Below are positions 8,856 to 17,095 of a stretch of DNA of 54,803 nt, one piece after another; the stretch's first letter is position 1; every line of letters begins with the position of its first letter. The stretch is taken from the NCBI GenBank assembly GCA_007692505.1, contig REBX01000131.1:1-54803 (forward strand). The letters run 5' to 3'. The translations under genes were made by a program, and so were the position numbers. The DNA comes from Gemmatimonadales bacterium. Lineage in GTDB: Bacteria; Gemmatimonadota; Gemmatimonadetes; Longimicrobiales; Gaopeijiaceae. The notes beneath the pieces are model-generated. The model had not been told where the DNA came from and searched no databases. It saw nothing but the letters and a program-made list of their open reading frames with translations.

Positions 8856-8949
8856 TGCAGGGTTTCGTTCAATAATGGGCAAAACCCTGCAATGGCTCCG
8901 GCGCCGGCACCGCGTGCAGGGTTTTGTTCAATAGTGGGCAAAACCCGCA
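8856..8949 (+). repeat. twin hairpin element (two ~36-nt stem-loops 59 bp apart), copy A
   Basis: H1 (8856-8891) is TGCAGGGTTTcgttcaataatgggcaAAACCCTGCA, with a perfect 10-bp stem. H2 (8915-8949) is TGCAGGGTTTTgttcaatagtgggcAAAACCC-GCA. The same pair occurs at 31746-31840 in the same orientation and at 27251-27348 in reverse orientation. Confidence 0.9.
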
Positions 8950-8962
8950 CACACAGAGGTTC

Positions 8963-9106
8963 GGAAAACCGCAGAGGCGGGACGGGCTCCGGCGGAATGG
9001 AAAAACGTAGAGGCGAAACTGGCCCCAGGGGAACGGCTAACCGCAGAGGCCGGACTGGGCCCAGGGGAACGGAAAACCGCGGAGGCCGGACCGGGCCCGG
9101 CGGAGC
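8963..9106. repeat. 36-bp degenerate tandem repeat x4, exactly phased
   Basis: Units are 8963-8998, 8999-9034, 9035-9070 and 9071-9106. The consensus is GGAAAACCGCAGAGGCCGGACyGGGCCCrGGGGAAy. Confidence 0.85.
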
Positions 9107-9283
9107 GGGCCCCGCGATCCGGTGGCTCCGCAGCGCCGGTGGCGCTTCGCCGCACCAATGGGCTCCGCGACGGAGAGGATCCGCGACACAGAGGGGCTCC
9201 GCGAAGGAGCACGGCTGCCCAACGGAGCGAGAGCACGATACGGTGCGGTGCTGCCGACCGAGAGGAGCCGGAAAACACCGGGT

Positions 9284-9323
9284 GTTCGGGTTGTATTCGG
9301 ACAATGATTCGGCTTATGTTCGG
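9284..9323 (+). promoter_or_regulatory. two tandem 17-nt direct-repeat boxes (TTCGG-N6-TTCGG type); candidate SOS/LexA-like operator of imuB
   Basis: Box 1 is GTTCGGGTTGTATTCGG (9284-9300), 3 nt before ATG 9304. Box 2 is ATTCGGCTTATGTTCGG (9307-9323). Box 1 matches CTTCGGGTTATCTTCGG at 23520-23536, which has an identical 3-nt offset to the dnaE2 ATG. Confidence 0.55.
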
Positions 9324-10620
9324 TTTCCGCCTCCCGAGCCCTTCCCGAATCCCCGGATCGCCCGTCCGCATGTCCGCCTCCCGCACCTCCCTCTGCCTCC
9401 GGCTCCCCGCCTTCGAGCTCCGGCTGGAGCTCGTCCGTTCACCGGAACTGGACGCCACGTCGGTAGCGCTCCTGGCCCCCGGCGACGGCGGGGCCCGCCA
9501 GGAGATCGCCCAGGCGTCGGAGCGGGCCGGGCGGGCCGGGGTGCGACCGGGGATGACGGTCTCCCGGGCCGTGGCCCTCTGCCCGGGCCTCACTCTCCTG
9601 GAGCCCGACCCGGCCCACTACAACGCCGCCATGGAGGCCATCCTGGACCGCCTGTCCCGGGCCAGCCCGGTGGTGGAGTCCGTGGAGCGGGGCTGCGTCC
9701 ACGTGGGCGTGGACGGGCTGGACCGGCTCCTGGGCTCTCCCAGGGAGCAGGTGGACCGCATTCTGGAGCTCCTCTTCCAGGTCCTCCCCCGCCCCGTGGT
9801 GGCCGCCTTCCGGGCCGGGCGGGCACCAGGCACCTTCGCAGCGCAGGTCGCCAGCCGGGCCGCCCGCCCCGGCCTCCCCGTCCTGGTCAACGAGGCTGCA
9901 CTTACCGCCTTCCTGGCCCGGCAGCCCATGGAGACCCTCCCCCTCTCCCCCCGGGAGCTGGAGCGGCTCCACCGCCTGGACCTCCGCACCCTGGGCGACG
10001 TGGGCCGCCTCCCCGAAGCCGCCCTCCTGAGGCACCTGGGCCGGAAGGGTCGCACGATCCGGGCGCTGGCCCGGGGAGAGCAGGTCGACCCGGTGACCCC
10101 GGCGCACCGCCCCGAACCCATCCGCGTCCTCCTGGACCTTCCGGCCCCCACCCGGGAGGAGGGCCCCATGACCCGGGCCCTGGAGCGGATGATCGACCGG
10201 ATCCTGGCCCACGGGGACCGGCAGGACCGGAGCCTCCGGGCGCTCCGACTGGCCGCCACCCTGGAGGAGGGCGGCTCGTGGACGGCGGAGATCACCCTCC
10301 GGACCCCGTCGGCTCGCCGGGCGGACCTCCTCCGTCCCCTGGCCCACCGGGTGACCCTCCGGCCTCCCCCTCGGGCCGTGACCGCCCTGGAGCTGGAGGC
10401 CTTCGACTTCGGCCCCTCCTCCCTGCAGACCGGCCTGTTCGACCGGAGCGAGACGGGTGCCCGCCCCACCCATCCCGCCCCCGGATCCACCCTGGCCGAG
10501 GCAATTCGAGAACTCAAGCTCCGTCTGGGACACGCCCCCCTCTACCGGGTGGTGGAGCTGGAGCCCGACTCCCGGATCCCCGAACGACGCCATGCCCTCC
10601 TGGCCCTGGAGGAGGGGTGA
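9304..10620 (+). CDS. imuB: Y-family DNA polymerase, ImuB-like (mutasome subunit)
   Basis: SLCLRLPAFELRLEL resembles the ImuB N-terminus. ...GVRPGMTVSRAVALCPGLTLLEPDPAHYNAAMEAILDRL... shows Y-family palm/fingers-like blocks. I chose ATG 9304 because its motif-to-ATG geometry matches dnaE2. ATG 9370 is an alternative start. Confidence 0.75.
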   Translation: MIRLMFGFRLPSPSRIPGSPVRMSASRTSLCLRLPAFELRLELVRSPELDATSVALLAPGDGGARQEIAQASERAGRAGVRPGMTVSRAVALCPGLTLLEPDPAHYNAAMEAILDRLSRASPVVESVERGCVHVGVDGLDRLLGSPREQVDRILELLFQVLPRPVVAAFRAGRAPGTFAAQVASRAARPGLPVLVNEAALTAFLARQPMETLPLSPRELERLHRLDLRTLGDVGRLPEAALLRHLGRKGRTIRALARGEQVDPVTPAHRPEPIRVLLDLPAPTREEGPMTRALERMIDRILAHGDRQDRSLRALRLAATLEEGGSWTAEITLRTPSARRADLLRPLAHRVTLRPPPRAVTALELEAFDFGPSSLQTGLFDRSETGARPTHPAPGSTLAEAIRELKLRLGHAPLYRVVELEPDSRIPERRHALLALEEG

Positions 10621-10763
10621 CCACGAGGCGGCGCCCCCCGGCGGGCCGGGGACGGCAGACCGGGCCCGGTCGGGGACCGAAGACAGGACCGGACCGGGGA
10701 AGGCGAACCGGACCGGACCCATCCGGCTCCCGCATCCTGCGCCCCCTGGGAGGACCTCTCCCC

Positions 10764-10994
10764 GTGGTCGTGCAGACCGACGAGGGCGAGATCCCCGTGG
10801 CGGTGAAGGGCCGCCGCGGTCCGGTCCGCATCGAGGCGGTCCGGGAGACCTGGCAGATCGACGACGAGTGGTGGCGGGTGCCCATCTCCAGGGTCTACCA
10901 CTCCGTCGTCCTGGAGGGAGGCCGCCTGATCACCCTCTTCCGGGACCAAACCGCCAACCCGCCCCGCTGGTACTTCCAGCCCGGCGCCCGATGA
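10764..10994 (+). CDS. small conserved-looking Trp-rich protein downstream of imuB (76 aa; possibly the DUF6504-type family)
   Basis: GTG at 10764 is preceded by GGGAGGA 9 nt upstream. The sequence VVVQTDEGEIPVAVKGRRGPVRIEAVRETWQIDDEWWRVPISRVYHSVVLEGGRLITLFRDQTANPPRWYFQ has globular composition. The Pro/Gly/Arg-rich upstream part of ORF 8670..10994 does not. Confidence 0.6.
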   Translation: MVVQTDEGEIPVAVKGRRGPVRIEAVRETWQIDDEWWRVPISRVYHSVVLEGGRLITLFRDQTANPPRWYFQPGAR

Positions 10995-11230
10995 CGCGCC
11001 CGGCGACCCGATACGCGGCCGGCGGCCGATACGCGGCCGAAACCCCGACCGGCACCGGACCCGGGTCCGGCCCCCTCCCGGTACCTGGCCCGGCCCCCTC
11101 CGGGCACCGGACCCCTCCACCCGGCCTCCGGGTAGGCGTCGGACGCAAGGGTCCGGGGGATTCGGGGGACACCCGAACCCCGCACCCGCTCCATTCGAAC
11201 CGTTCCCCCCCACACACACCGGAGCCACCC

Positions 11231-11566
11231 ATGACCATGGACCTGCTCTCGAGGCACTGCCAGCCCCTGGGCGAGGACGCCCTTCCCCTGGAGGGCGAGG
11301 CCCTCGACCACTACACCGAGGCGATCCCGGACCGATGGAAGGTGGTGGACGGCCACCACCTGGAGGGCACCTTCGAGTTCGAGAACTTCGTGGAGGCGCT
11401 GGAGTTCACCAACGCAGCCGGCGAGGTGGCCGAGGAAGAGAACCACCACCCCGAGATCACCGTCACCTGGGGCCGGGCCACCGTCCGGATCTGGACCCAC
11501 GACATCGACGGGCTCAGCGAGAACGACTTCATCCTGGCCGCCCGCATCGACGCCCGGGCCCGGTGA
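11231..11566 (+). CDS. 4a-hydroxytetrahydrobiopterin (pterin-4-alpha-carbinolamine) dehydratase
   Basis: W....dghhLegtFeFenFveAleFtnaaGevAEeenHHPeitvtWgratvriwTHdidGLsenDfilAaridA is the classic PCD/DCoH signature. A GGAG Shine-Dalgarno lies 8 nt upstream of the ATG. Confidence 0.9.
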   Translation: MTMDLLSRHCQPLGEDALPLEGEALDHYTEAIPDRWKVVDGHHLEGTFEFENFVEALEFTNAAGEVAEEENHHPEITVTWGRATVRIWTHDIDGLSENDFILAARIDARAR

Positions 11567-12057
11567 GCGGAGTCCGGGTCGGGATCGTCTCGGACACCCA
11601 CGGCCTCCTGCGGCCGGAGCTCTTCCACCTCCTGGAGGGGGTGGACCACATCCTCCACGCCGGCGACGTCGGGCGTCCCGACATCCTCACGGAGCTGGAG
11701 ACCCTGGCCCCGGTCACGGCGGTGCGGGGCAACACGGACGGCCTGGACATCCACGCCGTGGCCCCGGAGTCGGCCCGGACCGAACTCGCCGGTCGCACCG
11801 TGGTCGTGGTCCACGGCCACCTCACCGGGACCTCGCCGGCCGCCCTGGTGGACCACGCCCCCGACGCCGACGTCATCGTCTTCGGCCACACCCACCGGCC
11901 CGAGGTCCTGGAGCACCAGGGCGTCCTCCTGTTGAACCCCGGGAGCTGCGGGCCCCGGCGCTTCACCCAGCCCGTGTCCCTGGCCCTGGCCGACTTCGGG
12001 CCCGAGCCGGGCCCAGGCGGAATCCGGGTCCGACACCTGGAGATGGCCGACGACTGA
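11563..12057 (+). CDS. YfcE/MJ0936-family metallophosphoesterase
   Basis: A GTG start overlaps the upstream stop (GTGA). The motifs VGIVSDTHG, GDVG, GNTD, HGH and GHTH occur in canonical order. Confidence 0.85.
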   Translation: MSGVRVGIVSDTHGLLRPELFHLLEGVDHILHAGDVGRPDILTELETLAPVTAVRGNTDGLDIHAVAPESARTELAGRTVVVVHGHLTGTSPAALVDHAPDADVIVFGHTHRPEVLEHQGVLLLNPGSCGPRRFTQPVSLALADFGPEPGPGGIRVRHLEMADD

Positions 12058-12216
12058 CCCCAACTCGGGGCCTGCCGTGACCCCTCCGTGACCGGGCCGC
12101 TACCACCCCCTCTGCACGGAGCGGTAGATTCCCGCGTGACCGGACCCACCTTCCTCCCTTGCCCGCTCCTCCTGCGGGCCCGGGTCCAGTCCCACATCCG
12201 ATCCGGAGAGGGCTCC

Positions 12217-15200
12217 ATGCGTTTCTGGTTGTCCGTCGGCCGCCTTGCCGGCCTTGCACTCTTCCTGACGCTGGTCTCCGCCGCCCCGGCGCTGGCCCAG
12301 GCCGTCACCACCTCCTCGCTCAACGGACGCGTCATCTCCACGGAGGGACAGCCCCTCCAGAACGTCCGCATCACCCTCACGAACACCCAGACCGGGACCT
12401 CCCAGGCCGCCCTCACCCGAGAAGACGGGCGGTTCAACTTCTCGGGTCTCCGCCCCGGTGGGCCCTACCGCCTGGATGCCGAGGGCCTGGGCTACACCGG
12501 CGAGGCCCTGGACAACCTCTTCCTCGCCCTGGGCGAGACGGAGCGGGTGGACTTCATCCTCTCCCCGCAGGCCATCGCCCTGGAGGGCATCGAGGTGGCG
12601 GGCCAGCGCACCGGAGCCATCATCTCCCGGGGCCGCACGGGCACCGGGACCGTCCTGGACGAGCGGGTCGTGACCTCCACGCCCACCATCTCCCGGAACT
12701 TCACCGACTTCATCCGCCTCACCCCGCAGGTCACGGCCGCCACCCCGGGCACCTCGGCGGCAGGTCGAAACAACCGGTACAACAACATCCAGATCGACGG
12801 GGCCGTGAACAACGACCTCTTCGGGCTGGCCGCCTCCGGCACCCCCGGAGGGCAGGCCGATGCACGCCCCATCACGCTGGAGGCGATCCAGGAGTTCCAG
12901 GTGAACCTGGCGCCCTTCGACGTCCGGCAGGGCGGCTTCACCGGGGCGAACATCAACGCCGTCACCCGGGGCGGGACGAACGACCTGCAGGGCACCGTGG
13001 CCTGGTTCGGCCGGAACGAGTCCCTCATCGGCCAGTTCAACGACTTCCAGGGGAACCGCTCCCCCGAGGTCGCCGACTTCGACCAGTCGGACCTGGCCTT
13101 CTCCCTGGGCGGCCCCATCGTCCGGGACCGGGCCCACTTCTTCGTGGCCGGTGAGCTCTCCCGGCGCACGGACCCCTACCCCGCCGTGGTGGGCGAGAAC
13201 ACGGGGTCGCCGGCCGGCGCCATCTCCGCCGCCGACATCGCCGAGATCGACTCCATCGTCCGCGCACGCTACGACTACGACCCCGGCGTGGCCGGCCCCT
13301 TCGGCCGGAGCACCGACTCCAACAACCTCTTCGCCCGCCTCGACGTGCAGCTGGCCCCCGAGCACCGCCTCGTCCTGCGGCACAACTGGGTGGATGCCAC
13401 CCAGGACAACTCCACCGGCGGAGCCGGGGCCACCTTCGGCTACTCCAACTCGGGCTACGGCTTCAACTCCGTGACGAACTCCACGGTGGCCCAGCTCAAC
13501 TCCACCCTGGGCGACGGCCTCGACAACGAGCTCCGGGTAGGACTCACCACGGTGCGGGACAGCCGGGACATCGGCACGGCCTTCCCCCGCTTCCGCATCG
13601 ACCTGGGCGGTCCCAACAACGTCCGGGTGGGCCCCGACGAGTTCTCCGGGCAGAACGCCCTGGACCAGGACATCCTGGAGATCACCAACGACCTGACCCT
13701 CTCCCGGGGGAACCACACCTTCACGGTGGGGACCTCCAACGAGTTCTTCCGGTTCTCCAACCTCTTCGTCCGGAACGCCTTCGGGAACTGGCGCTTCGGC
13801 TCCATGGAGGCCTTCCGGAACCAGACCCCCAACACGTACGAGTACTCCTTCCTCCTCCCCGGCGGGAACGAGCGGGCGGAGTTCCCCGTCCGACGCTGGT
13901 CCCTCTACGGGCAGGACCGCTGGGAGGCCACCCGGGACCTGGTCCTCACGTACGGCCTCCGCATGGACCTGACCCAGCTCCCCGACACCCCGGCCCGGAA
14001 CCCCGTCCTGGCCGCTGCAAACCTGGGACGGAATACCGACGAGGTCCCCTCGTCGGCCCTCCAGTTCAGCCCCCGACTGGGCTTCAACTGGGACGTGTAC
14101 GGCGACCGGACGACCCAGCTGAGGGGCGGCCTGGGCCTCTTCTCGGGCCGGACCCCCTTCGTCTGGATCTCCAATGCCTACGGGAACACGGGCATCGACT
14201 ACGTCCGGTTCACCTGCCGGAACGCCGAGGTCCCCACCTTCAGCGCCGACCCCTCGGCCCAGCCCACGGCGTGCGCCGGGGGCGACGCCGCCTTCGCGCC
14301 CAACGAGATCAACACGGTGGACCCGGACTACCGGTTCCCCCAGGTCTTCCGGGCCTCCACCGCAGTGGACCGGGAGCTGGGCATCGCAGGCATGGTGGGC
14401 ACCCTGGAGGGCCTCTACACCCGGACCCTGCAGGACATCCGGTACCAGAACCTCCTCATCGAGGAGGACACGGGCGCCGGGATGGTGGAGGGACGCCCCC
14501 AGTTCCGGGTGAACCGCCTGGAGGCCGGTGAAGGCGAGATCCCGGTGGGCGAGGTCATCGACATCACGAATACCTCCAAGGGCTACAGCTGGAACCTGAC
14601 GGCCCAGCTCCAGCGCCCCGTCCTGGACGGCTGGGGCTTCGGGGCCGCCTACACCCTCTCGGAGGCGCAGGACGTGAACCGGGGCGGCTCCAGCCAGGCC
14701 GTCTCCAACTGGCGCTTCAACCCCACTGCCGGCGATCCCAACAACCTGCCGGCAGCCCGCTCCAACTTCCTGATCCGCCACCGGATCCTGGCCTCCACCA
14801 CCTGGGAGGTGGCGGTCTCCGAGCGCTTCCCCACACTGGTCTCGGTGGTCTACGTGGCCGAGAGCGGCCAGCCCTACACCTACGTGTATTCGGGCGACCT
14901 GAACGGCGACGGCCAGACCTCAAACGACCTCATCTGGGTGCCGGCCGGGCAGGACGAGATCCGGTTCCGGAGCACCTCCGACGTGTCGGCGGACCAGTCC
15001 TGGCAGAACCTGAACGCGTATATCGACTCCACCCCTTGCCTCCGGAACGCCCGGGGCGGGATCGTGGAGCGGGGCGCCTGCACGGAGCCCTGGCACCACC
15101 AGTTCGACCTCCGGCTCGCCCAGGAGGTCCGGACCTTCGGGACCCAGCGGGCCGAGGTGGTCCTGGACATCCTGAACGTGGGGAACCTGCTGAACCGGGA

Positions 15201-15399
15201 CTGGGGCCGAAAGGAGTTCGTGTCCAACGAGTCCTTCAACCTCCTGGAGGTGGCCAGCGCCAGCCAGCGGGGCGACGAGCCCGCCGTGGTGAACGGCCGG
15301 GCCCTCATGAACCCCTTCGGACCCAGGGAGACCTCCAACTCCATCAGCAACCTGGCCTCCCGCTACCAGATCCAGCTGGGGGTGCGCTACTCCTTCTGA
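12217..15399 (+). CDS. TonB-dependent receptor with an N-terminal carboxypeptidase-regulatory-like domain (Oar-like)
   Basis: Signal peptide is MRFWLSVGRLAGLALFLTLVSAAPALAQA. The CarbopepD_reg-like block is LNGRVISTEGQPLQNVRITLTNTQTG...DGRFNFSGLRPGGPYRL. The length is 1060 aa and the protein ends in the terminal beta-strand QLGVRYSF. Confidence 0.85.
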   Translation: MRFWLSVGRLAGLALFLTLVSAAPALAQAVTTSSLNGRVISTEGQPLQNVRITLTNTQTGTSQAALTREDGRFNFSGLRPGGPYRLDAEGLGYTGEALDNLFLALGETERVDFILSPQAIALEGIEVAGQRTGAIISRGRTGTGTVLDERVVTSTPTISRNFTDFIRLTPQVTAATPGTSAAGRNNRYNNIQIDGAVNNDLFGLAASGTPGGQADARPITLEAIQEFQVNLAPFDVRQGGFTGANINAVTRGGTNDLQGTVAWFGRNESLIGQFNDFQGNRSPEVADFDQSDLAFSLGGPIVRDRAHFFVAGELSRRTDPYPAVVGENTGSPAGAISAADIAEIDSIVRARYDYDPGVAGPFGRSTDSNNLFARLDVQLAPEHRLVLRHNWVDATQDNSTGGAGATFGYSNSGYGFNSVTNSTVAQLNSTLGDGLDNELRVGLTTVRDSRDIGTAFPRFRIDLGGPNNVRVGPDEFSGQNALDQDILEITNDLTLSRGNHTFTVGTSNEFFRFSNLFVRNAFGNWRFGSMEAFRNQTPNTYEYSFLLPGGNERAEFPVRRWSLYGQDRWEATRDLVLTYGLRMDLTQLPDTPARNPVLAAANLGRNTDEVPSSALQFSPRLGFNWDVYGDRTTQLRGGLGLFSGRTPFVWISNAYGNTGIDYVRFTCRNAEVPTFSADPSAQPTACAGGDAAFAPNEINTVDPDYRFPQVFRASTAVDRELGIAGMVGTLEGLYTRTLQDIRYQNLLIEEDTGAGMVEGRPQFRVNRLEAGEGEIPVGEVIDITNTSKGYSWNLTAQLQRPVLDGWGFGAAYTLSEAQDVNRGGSSQAVSNWRFNPTAGDPNNLPAARSNFLIRHRILASTTWEVAVSERFPTLVSVVYVAESGQPYTYVYSGDLNGDGQTSNDLIWVPAGQDEIRFRSTSDVSADQSWQNLNAYIDSTPCLRNARGGIVERGACTEPWHHQFDLRLAQEVRTFGTQRAEVVLDILNVGNLLNRDWGRKEFVSNESFNLLEVASASQRGDEPAVVNGRALMNPFGPRETSNSISNLASRYQIQLGVRYSF

Positions 15400-15465
15400 T
15401 GGTCCCCCGGTGGACCTCCGGCCTCCGGGCCGGGGGCCTCCGCCGGAAGCAGAGCAGCCGGCAGG

Positions 15466-15496
15466 CGGCCGGGCTCCCCAGGTGGGGGCCCGGCCG
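15466..15496. terminator. GC hairpin between convergent genes (candidate terminator)
   Basis: CGGCCGGGC-tccccaggtgggg-GCCCGGCCG forms a 9-bp stem, followed by TTCGTC. Confidence 0.45.
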
Positions 15497-15528
15497 TTCG
15501 TCATGGTGGCGGACCTCCTGCCCGTCCG

Positions 15529-16905
15529 TCACTCCTCCAGGGCCACCCGGAGCGTCTTCACGTTCACGAACTCCAGGATCCCGGCCCGTCCCAGCTCCCG
15601 GCCGTAGCCGCTGTCCTTCACCCCGCCGAAGGGAAGGCGCGGGTCGGAGGCCACCGACTCGTTCACGGACACGATCCCCGCCTCCAGCTCCTCCCGGGCC
15701 AGGCGCTCCCCCAGGGCCTGGTCGGCGGTGAAGACGGCGGCCCCCAGCCCCCAGGGAGAGTCGTTCGCCACCTGTACGGCCTCCTCCGTGCTCCCCACCG
15801 GGAGGATGGCCGCCACCGGCCCGAAGAGCTCCTCGTCGGCCGCCGGCATCCCCTTTCGTACGTCGGCCAGGACCGTGGGCGGGTAGTACCAGCCGCGGCC
15901 CTCGGGGACCTCCCCTCCCAGAAGGAGGCGGGCCCCGGCCTCCACGCTCTCGGTGACCTGGCGGTGGAGGGTGTCCCGGAGGTCCTCCCGGGCCAGGGGA
16001 CCCACCGTGCTGGCACTGGCCAGCGGGGGTCCCACCACCGCCTTCCGCATCTGGGCCACCAGCGCCTCCTGGAAGGCCTCCAGGACCTCCTCCACCACCA
16101 CGAAGCGCTTGGCGGCCACGCAGGACTGCCCCGAGTTCACCAGGCGGGCCCGGGCCGCGACGCGGGCCGCCTCCTCCACCCGGGCGTCGGCCAGGACCAG
16201 GTACGGGTCGCTCCCGCCCAGCTCCAGGACCGTCTTCTTGAGGGCCCGCCCTGCCGAGGCAGCCACCTCCCTGCCCCCCTCCGTGCTCCCGGTGAAGGTC
16301 ACGGCCCGGATCTCGGGGCGCGCCATGAGGGCCCCTGCCCCCTCGTGGTCCGTGTACACGGCCTGGAAGAGCCCGGGGGGCGCGCCGGCCTCCACCCAGA
16401 GCTCCTCCAGCGCCGCCGCGCAGCCCGGCACGTTGGGGGCGTGCTTCAGGAGGACGGCGTTCCCCGCCATGAGGGCCGGGCACCCGAAGCGGAGGGCCTG
16501 CCAGAAGGGGAAGTTCCAGGGCATGATGGAGAGGATGACCCCCAGGGGCCGATACACGACCCGGGCCCGGGCCCCCTCCACCTCCACGGGCTCGTCGGCC
16601 AGGTGGGCCGCCCCGTGCTCCGCGTAGTACCGGGCCGCCCAGGCACACTTCTCCGCCTCCTTCCGCCCCTGGGCCAGGGGCTTCCCCATTTCCGAGGCCA
16701 TGAGGCGACCCCACCGGTCCGCGTCGTCCTCCAGGAGGCCGGCCAGCGCCTCCAGGACCCGGGCCCGCTCCTCGAACGACCAGCCCTCCCAGCGGCGCCG
16801 GGCCTCCACCGCACTCCGGACCCGGGCTTCCAGCTCGGCCTCCGAATCCAGGGGCTGTTCCTTCACGGTCCGGCCGGTGGCCGGGTCGATCACCCGAAAC
16901 GCCAT
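15529..16905 (-). CDS. NAD(P)-dependent succinate-semialdehyde dehydrogenase-like aldehyde dehydrogenase (YneI/Sad-like)
   Basis: Long colinear similarity to E. coli YneI as I recall it: YRPLGVILSIMPWNFPFWQ, LLKHAPNVPGCA, VTFTGSTEGG, ELGGSDP, GQSCVAAKRF, FGGVKDSGYGRE. Confidence 0.85.
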   Translation of the reverse strand: MAFRVIDPATGRTVKEQPLDSEAELEARVRSAVEARRRWEGWSFEERARVLEALAGLLEDDADRWGRLMASEMGKPLAQGRKEAEKCAWAARYYAEHGAAHLADEPVEVEGARARVVYRPLGVILSIMPWNFPFWQALRFGCPALMAGNAVLLKHAPNVPGCAAALEELWVEAGAPPGLFQAVYTDHEGAGALMARPEIRAVTFTGSTEGGREVAASAGRALKKTVLELGGSDPYLVLADARVEEAARVAARARLVNSGQSCVAAKRFVVVEEVLEAFQEALVAQMRKAVVGPPLASASTVGPLAREDLRDTLHRQVTESVEAGARLLLGGEVPEGRGWYYPPTVLADVRKGMPAADEELFGPVAAILPVGSTEEAVQVANDSPWGLGAAVFTADQALGERLAREELEAGIVSVNESVASDPRLPFGGVKDSGYGRELGRAGILEFVNVKTLRVALEE

Positions 16906-17095
16906 TGTGACTCCCTTGTGGGGCTGTTGAAGAAATACGGTGGCCGCGGGGAAGAGGAGCCCGGTGTGGCATCGCCTCGGGGCCCGGCCTACCTTGGATC
17001 CCCGGGCCGGGTTCGTCGTTCCGTTTCCGGCGTCCGACCCGCCGCTCCCGTACCGTTCGAACCGCTCATCCCCAGGTCACTTCCCGGAGGTCCCC

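Noticed and set aside
8856-8949. The hairpins as integron attC sites, IS200/IS605 ends or intrinsic terminators.
   Set aside because: There is no GTTRRRY/RYYYAAC core pair. No integrase or TnpA gene is nearby. No U-tract follows the stems. One copy lies in a divergent promoter region where a terminator makes little sense.
8963-9106. A possible CRISPR array, suggested by the 36-bp repeat unit.
   Set aside because: The units are directly contiguous with no unique spacers. They are degenerate rather than near-identical. No cas genes are nearby.
8670-10763. The first ~700 codons of the 774-aa ORF 8670..10994, which span the repeat region and overlap imuB out of frame.
   Set aside because: This part runs through tandem DNA repeats and the hairpin elements and encodes a PGR-rich low-complexity sequence. 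Only the last 76 codons, from GTG 10764 with a Shine-Dalgarno, look like a real protein.
10995-11230. Short direct repeats (CGATACGCGGCCG x2, GGCCCCCTCC x2) and the hairpin GGGGaTTCGGG...CCCGAAcCCC between the small ORF and the pterin dehydratase gene.
   Set aside because: They are too short and too isolated to separate from background GC-rich self-similarity. The hairpin may be a weak terminator, but nothing further supports that.
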